Shown in pieces: positions 57,186 through 64,000 of a stretch of DNA of 64,000 nucleotides (position 1 is its first letter; the number at the start of each line of letters is the position of its first letter). This DNA is from Utricularia gibba (lineage: Eukaryota > Plantae > Magnoliophyta), in the NCBI GenBank assembly GCA_002189035.1, contig NEEC01000017.1, forward strand, positions 1,736,001-1,800,000, written 5' to 3'. The notes beneath the pieces were generated by a model that saw only the letters and a list, made by a program, of their open reading frames with translations, ran no database searches and was not told where the DNA came from. The translations under genes were made by a program, and so were the position numbers.

Positions 57186-58904
57186 CTAAGCTGCTTTTAC
57201 CACCTTATCATCAGCAGCAATATTTAGAATTGGGAGACTGTTTAGAAACTCATCAAGCCCCTCAAAGAACCCGATTCCTTCAATATTGTCATCTTCGCCA
57301 CGGCTGGGCCCTGGTTGTTCATCAACCTTTGGAGGGGGTTCCTCGGGTTCGTTGCTACACTCAACATTTAGATCCAGCTTCCCACAGTTCTTTGCAACCC
57401 TTGCAGGTTGCTTCCTACTGCCGAAGCTCGCGGCTTTCTTACTCAATTCACCGGTTGTCTTATTAGATGTATCTGGAGAGACAGCTGAATCTGGAAGTTC
57501 AACATTATTAGCTTTATCAGCTTTACCCTTCTTTCCAGTTCTATTCGGGGTGTCCTTGGCTCCTTTTCTTTTGACAGAATCGAGCCTCTTCTTTTTAGTA
57601 TCAGTCTTGGTGTTCCAGTCGTAGTCATCAGGCTCGCTTGAGTTGGATAGGTCTATGGTATCCTCCTCATCATCAATATATACCCTGGGAGCCATGGCCC
57701 TTTTTCTCGTCTGCTTAGGAGCACCATTATTACATGGTGGAGGACAACTGAACATTGGTGAAAACGGAGTCCATGTTGAACCAGAACCCTTCATCTTCTC
57801 CCAGTTCTCGGAAGAAAAACCCATCGGCAAGAATCCCCAACAACAAAAGAACCCTTGTTCACCATCCGAAATCGGTGGAGGGGATGGAATCACAATTCCC
57901 TGAAAGGCCCGTTTACAGTTTTGACACCTGAGAGTGCAATCAACGTATAACGTAGGGTACTCGTACATGTAATAGCAATAAGGGCATGCTGTCCAAAATG
58001 ACGGATCTTCATCAGTTGCAGGTGCATTTAACCCTTCTTGCTCATCTATTCTTCCCAAATATCCCGCACTCTGGATCCTTTCACCAACGCCCACATTATC
58101 ATTAGATTTGACATCCACATTAGCACGTTCCGTAGGCAGTTGTTTCTGCGGCTTATTCCATGAAACAGGGGAAGCAGAAGCATTTGATCCAAATGACGAA
58201 TGCCCCTCTGGATTCTGCTTTTTCGGAACTTCATGACTAGGCTTCGTTCCGGGTCCAGAACCAAAAGATAAAGTAGCGCCAGAAGAAAAATTCATAAAAT
58301 TCTGAGGTTCCCGAACTGGAGTGGCACTCACCTGCTCAACCTGAGAACCTGCGTAAACCTGTACTTGCGGAGGAAAATGATTCCATTGAGCACCGCCACT
58401 CGAGTTTCCACTCCCGAGAAGAACAAAATTGTGATGCACTGGATTGCCAAACGGATCCGATTGCTGTTGCCGTAAGGTGAAAGAAAGCTCCTTGTCGAAC
58501 ACAGATTTCTTCGAAGGGTCAGAGAGAACAGAGAAAGCATCAAAAACTAGACGCAATGCCTCCTCCGCCATGGGAAATCTGTTCTTCTGAGTGTTAAGAA
58601 GATGAGAAAGCTTTCGATAGTGAGTGGCAACGATCTCTGTATCTTGACCTTCGTGAGGGGTGAGGTTGAGGACGGCGTACCAATCCGGCTGGTTAGCCCC
58701 AATCCTCCGTTCTGCCGCGATCAGGGTATCGGCGATGGCCAGAATTTGCTCGGCGGGGGTGAGTGTCGGATCGGAGTCACGAGCGCGAGTGGCGAATGAT
58801 TTGCTGCCAACGAAATCGCGGGTGACGAGGAGCTTCTCGGCGATTGAGAGCCACCGGAGAGCCTCCACGCGGGTAGTGGTGGTCGGAAAAAATGGATGCT
58901 CCAT
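57186..58904 (-). CDS. J-like (DnaJ N-terminal superfamily) protein with a C4 zinc motif, At5g64360/DNAJ1-like; single coding exon
   Basis: EALRWLSIAEKLL..RDFVGSKSFATRAR, DWYAVLNL, YRKLSHLLN..KNRFPMAEEALRLVFDAFSVLSDP, FWTACPYCYYMYEYP..YVDCTLRCQNCKRAF and LDLNVECSNE...FFEGLDEFLNSLPIL. Confidence 0.88.
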   Translation of the reverse strand: MEHPFFPTTTTRVEALRWLSIAEKLLVTRDFVGSKSFATRARDSDPTLTPAEQILAIADTLIAAERRIGANQPDWYAVLNLTPHEGQDTEIVATHYRKLSHLLNTQKNRFPMAEEALRLVFDAFSVLSDPSKKSVFDKELSFTLRQQQSDPFGNPVHHNFVLLGSGNSSGGAQWNHFPPQVQVYAGSQVEQVSATPVREPQNFMNFSSGATLSFGSGPGTKPSHEVPKKQNPEGHSSFGSNASASPVSWNKPQKQLPTERANVDVKSNDNVGVGERIQSAGYLGRIDEQEGLNAPATDEDPSFWTACPYCYYMYEYPTLYVDCTLRCQNCKRAFQGIVIPSPPPISDGEQGFFCCWGFLPMGFSSENWEKMKGSGSTWTPFSPMFSCPPPCNNGAPKQTRKRAMAPRVYIDDEEDTIDLSNSSEPDDYDWNTKTDTKKKRLDSVKRKGAKDTPNRTGKKGKADKANNVELPDSAVSPDTSNKTTGELSKKAASFGSRKQPARVAKNCGKLDLNVECSNEPEEPPPKVDEQPGPSRGEDDNIEGIGFFEGLDEFLNSLPILNIAADDKVVKAA

Positions 58905-59496
58905 TTCCGATCGTGGAGAAAATTGGGGAAGAAGCAGAGAAATATTTCTGATTCCTAGGGCAGTGAATTCAATCACATTATCCAGCTTATTTTGTTACCC
59001 GTTTTACCCCCAACGGATTGACCCCAAATATATATACATAAAAAAAAAATATTATTTATGGATAATGGTGCCACGTGGGCGAAATGCAGGCGGGCCCCGC
59101 CAAGCCCTTTCTGGCTGTTCGTTTCCAAGTGAAAGCTGTTGCTGAATTATCTTTTGTCCGTTAATTTTTAATTCACTTTATAATTTTAAATTTAGAAATT
59201 ATAAAAATATTAAGAAAAAGAATAATGATGCCTAGGTAAAAAGTAAAAACTGGGCGGTAATATTGTCAAAATTTGGAAGTACGCGGTAAAAATTTGGGTG
59301 GGCTGGAGACTGATGCCCAATTCTTGGAATAAATGGTCTTAATTGTGAATTAAATTTATTTTTCCTGTCAACAGCAGTTCAAGTTTTGTGCTTCTCCGAT
59401 GGGGTGCCGTTAATGGAGCCCGAATTTAGGCGAATTCCGTTCAGCGATGCCATAGGTTCGTGAGGTTTTTTCGAAAGGAAAACGCCGGATTTCGCG

Positions 59497-61115
59497 ATGT
59501 ACGGACCGCCGATTAGCGCCGTCAACGGTTGTTCCGACGTTGCCCGCCACCACCGTAAACGTGGAATCGCCCATATCGACGAGAACGAGGGGGTGGCGAC
59601 AACGACAACGACAACGACCTCGTGCAGTGCGAATCCCGAAAAGCCCAGCGGATCGGGTACCCGATTCCCAATAGCAACTCTCATGAGCGTGTTGTGGTTG
59701 AAGGTGATGTCATGGAAGGCGTCGAGGCGGTTCGTCCGCACGCGCTCCATGGATCGGAATTGGACGCCTCTGTAGCGGCCGCCGTTGGGGACGGCAGTGT
59801 TGATCAGCTCACTCTCTCGTTTCAGGGGGAAATTTACGTCTTCGATGCGGTTTCACCTGAGAAGGTTGGCATTTCTTCAGAGTTGTGAAGCTCTTTTGGA
59901 AAAAGATCGTGCTTTCTGGCAATTTCGATTCCTAGGGTTAAAAATTTTCTAAATATAAGTGACATGATTCTTGGGATCAATGACATATTTGCTGATGTTA
60001 TTGCTTGTCCGCTGGTATGAGATAGCCAATGGTGTGAAGTGAAGCATATTCATGGTTTTTTAGAATCTCTCCGATGGCATTACTGTTTTCAACCAGGTTC
60101 AAGCAGTTTTACTGCTCTTGGGTGGGTATGAAGTACCTTCATCTGGCATTCCTTCTAGTGGGATGGCTCCCCAGAATCATAGAGTATGCACTATGCCATC
60201 TGTTAGGGGCTAAAAACTCGTGGTTTCCTGCATCATCATTTGATTTTGCTCTTTCAGAACATTGTAGACTACCCAGTGAAGTCAAGCCTACCACAGAGAG
60301 CTGCTTCTTTGAATCGCTTCAGGGAAAAGAGGAAAGAGAGGTGTTTTGAGAAGAAGATTCGGTACACTGTCCGCAAAGAGGTAGCTCTCAGGTAGTAATT
60401 CATCTGGATCCCACCTCATGTTTAAGAGTGGATTGTGATCAGTGTTTGATCCCTTTTCCTACTTCATTGAGGCCATAATCTTTTCTTGATGAAAATCCTG
60501 CCAGAATGCAGCGTAAGAAAGGGCAATTCACGTCTGCAAAGACAGTATCTGATGAAGCTGGATCTTCTTCTGCCGATGGGAATGGAAGTTCCGGCCAGGA
60601 AGAGAATGAGGGCTCGTGAGTGACGAGCTCTTCAAGTTGCCTCCATTTCTCTTTCTCATGATTATAACCCTTCTCCAGCTTGTTATTTTTGCTCGAATTC
60701 CATCAGTTGTAGACATTGTTTAATCAGCTCCAAAGCCACACCAATGATGCGACGCGGGCCTGATGGACCCAGAACCCTTTGCAATGCATGCGGTCTGAAG
60801 TGGGCTAACAAGGTAAGCCTAGCTGTCCACAACCTCCTCCTCTCCCACTTTGCCTTCCGATCCTGCATGAAAACATCTCTTCGCAATTCCCTTTTCTCAG
60901 GGCGTCTTAAGAGACCTCTCCAAAGCTCCGACCGCCGCAATGCAAGACCAGCACACGACGGAGCTCCATGAAGGGGTATGTATGTCTGCATGTCAGTTAA
61001 ACAAAAGTCCTCCTTTTCCATCTTCTCCGGCTCATGAATCCCTCTCTTCTCTTCCCTTCAACAGCTTCTCGCCATGAGGGCCGCCCCACACGGCGGTGAC
61101 CGGTGCTCCCGGTGA
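59497..61115 (+). CDS. ZIM/ZML-type GATA transcription factor (TIFY + CCT + CX2CX20CX2C); about 7 exons; apparent frameshift in exon 1 near 59589-59593; end approximate
   Basis: TIFY-like [73 protein letters not shown] and [40 protein letters not shown]. Confidence 0.9.
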
Positions 61116-61584
61116 CGAGCTCACCCTGTTGTTCAAGAAATTAGCTTTTACACTTGCTACCTTTGGATCATGAAGAGGCACTTGACATATTACAATAAAT
61201 TCGAAAATTCAAAAAAGGGGCTCAATAACTTGTCTGAACTCGTCGGCCATTGCCATTCCTTGTAAGAAAGAAAGAGGATGCTGAAGCAAGGAGCATAACC
61301 GAAAATTAGGTGAAAGTGCACTAAAAGCCAGTGAAGTAGTTTTCTTTACAAATGATTTGCTTCATCAGCCATTCTCTTTTGGTCGTAGCACGATTTAAAA
61401 GTTCCTGGTGAGAGTTGTGAGTCCAAGGAACAACCCTTTTGGACGTTTCAAAATACCCACATTTAAAAATTGTATTTTTATTTTTTTAATCAAGAAAAAT
61501 TGTTTTTTTAATGTGTATATATATAAGTGCATATCCATCCTCGTAGCTCGCATCTTCTGTACGAGGCGGGACTTGGGTGGAAAA

Positions 61585-62550
61585 ATGCAAAGCAAGAAGT
61601 TCGCCGTCCTTTTGTGCGCGCCGGATTCCGAGTATGTGAAGAAAGTGTACGGTGGATACCGGGAGGTGTTCACCCAGATTCTGATGGAGGACGGGGAGAC
61701 TTGGGACGCGTTCAATGTCTCCGGAGGCGATTTTCCGGCGGAGGAGGAGATAGTGCATTATGATGGGTTTGTGGTCACCGGAAGCCGGAGCGACGCGTAC
61801 GGCGATGAGGAGTGGATCTGCGAGCTTGTTGCTTTGCTTAAGAAGCTGGACGCCATGAAGAAGAAGGTGCTTGGCGTGTGCTTTGGACATCAGGTTTGAT
61901 TCGAAGCTCGTCAACCCGTTCACGTAGTTTTTTGTTTCACTAGAAACGGCAAGGTTTTCACACAGAACATCGCCGTAGCAGGTACTGGGACGAGCTATCG
62001 GCGGCAGAATCGGCCGGGCGAAGCAAGGGTGGGACATCGGGGTCACGGAAATTTACCTGCAGCCATCGCCCCTCTTCACCAGCCTGGAAATTCCGGCCTC
62101 CTTGTGGATCATAGAGTGCCACCAGGACGAGGTTCCTGTCAAACCCTTCTTATGAATCCGTGTCTCTGATACCATGCTGCATTTCTTGGAAACCGATACA
62201 GTTATCTCCATGTTGGCAGGTCTACGAGCTTCCTCCCACTGCAGAGATCCTGGGGAGATCGAACAAGACGGGGATCGAGATGTTCAAATTCGGCGATCAC
62301 ATGATGGGGATTCAAGGGCACCCCGAGTACACCAAGGACATCCTGCTCTACCTCCTCCAACGCCTCCGCCACGACGAGCTCATCGAGGTTCGTTTCCACA
62401 GACTCCCTTTCCTAATAGAAGCATATGCATCACCCTGCTCTCGTGTACTTGCAGCACTCGGCGGCTGAAATGATCGAGTCCAAGCTGAAGGACAGCGAGC
62501 CCAACAAGGAGATGTGGAAGAAGCTCTGCACCAACTTCCTCAAGGGCTAG
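61585..62550 (+). CDS. Class-I glutamine amidotransferase / gamma-glutamyl peptidase (GGP-like); 4 exons
   Basis: KKFAVLLCAPDSEYVKKVYGGY, YDGFVVTGSRSDAY, nucleophile elbow GVCFGHQ, GWDIG, CHQDEV and MGIQGHPEY (Cys-His-Glu triad present). Confidence 0.92.
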
Positions 62551-64000
62551 ACACACGGTGGTTCGATACAGTCCGATGTCAGGAGGATTCTTCTGTCATA
62601 TAGTGTCCAATAAGAGAATCCTCCCAAAATACCAAACATTACCAGGCTGTAACTTGTAACATAATATTGTAAGGTGTTGATCATGCAATCTAAATATCAA
62701 TGTTACTCCAAACGAGTACACAAAAGTAGGATTTGTGTTGAATTCGCACCGTGTCAAATGACGAATTACATTATCTTAAGTATATAATGTTAGAATACAT
62801 AATTCCACATTAGAAAATGAAAATACAATAATCAATTATATAAGAAATTACATATCACAAGTAATCAATTGGGTATAATTTTTTTTAATATAATCTATGT
62901 TTCTTATATATTTGGACTTTACGTGTGCAGATCCATCAATCCTGAATTTCAACATATATAACACCCATGAACTCCAAAATCAAAACCACAATCTCAATCT
63001 CTCAACCAATTGCAATTTCTCCGTCGTCTTATCATACTCAATGTTGCATGGCAGGCTCGTCCAATGCCCAACGTGCATGCATGGCGCACGATAGCAGAAG
63101 GTGCCCTATGAGGATGATCCTTGCACAGTTTATCATCACATGGGAAATGATGATCATCACAAACTCCCCCGTAATAATTATTTACTTTATATTCACATTT
63201 AATGTTGTGCTATTGGGAATACACTAAGATGTCACAAAAGAAAATGATACTCCTTTTTTGGAGGGGGAGCACACCACAATAATAGTGACCTAATCACCCT
63301 TTCTGAATCACGAAAACAATGATATAAAATTATGGGCGTGTCTTTTACTAATAGTATATATTTATGTGTGTGGATGAGGAGATTCGTGAATTCATGGATT
63401 TGAGTGCGTTGATTTCTGATTTTAAAAATTATTGATGCGTCATATTAATTTTAATTTATAATATTTAAATTATTTTTAAAAGTGTCAAAATAAATTAATT
63501 TTTAACTAAAAAATTAATGAAGCAAATATTGCAACGAATATGTGTATTTTCTATTGAGATAGATCTAATTGGAGTTTGAGAAATAAATTTTCATACACTA
63601 TTTGTGCCATTATTATCACAACAATACATTTATGTAATCCTAATTAAATAATAAAATTCCATAAATAGATTAAAATTAAAGAATAAACAATTTACATATA
63701 TTTTAATATCAGATTCACAAATTCATAAATGTAAATTCCAAATAAAAAATTCAACATTTACAGAAAACAAATGAAAATTAAAGCAATATCCGATGAATAA
63801 TGAATGATTATTGTCAAACTTTGAATGAGGGACAATAATGATAATCGATTAGTTATGATATAACACTCTGAGATTAAGATAGACAAAAATATAATAAAAT
63901 CAAATGAAATGAATGGTTTTGATTAGTTAATTAAACAAATATTTATTATTAAAATTATCCATTAAAAATATTAAAATTAATAATAACTCCGTACCTATGC

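Noticed and set aside
62560-64000. AT-rich tail with an RY motif (CATGCATG, about 63076) and short ORFs
   Set aside because: No supportable coding or TE signal; a lone motif is not evidence of function.

Overview
Gene-dense eudicot nuclear DNA with short introns and AT-rich intergenic spacers; a compact asterid/Lamiales-type genome is my guess and is not proven. I can support 20 protein-coding genes: CML, BIR1-like LRR-RLK, MUSTANG-B domesticated Mutator transposase, a 96-aa small protein, a NAB-domain CIP1-like coiled coil, two tandem clade-3 glutamate receptors, a bZIP, an MRS2/MGT Mg transporter, DUF1644, CSN8, a GGGxRC zinc-finger repeat protein, BXL4-like beta-xylosidase, CAMTA, DiT2, SAC51-like bHLH, FKBP12, a secreted Tyr-Pro-Gly repeat protein, a J-like protein, a ZIM/ZML GATA factor and a class-I glutamine amidotransferase. 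A spliced 53-aa conserved uORF lies in the SAC51-like leader. Ten frameshifts in eight genes can each be repaired by adding one base to a homopolymer, which points to long-read consensus error rather than pseudogenes. Best leads: an MRS2 channel with GVN in place of the GMN filter, two GLRs with remodelled pore loops but intact ligand-binding residues, and a possibly lineage-specific secreted YPG-repeat gene. No rRNA, tRNA, CRISPR array or intact autonomous transposon was seen, and I found no demonstrably new multi-gene system. Arabidopsis locus comparisons are from memory and need checking.
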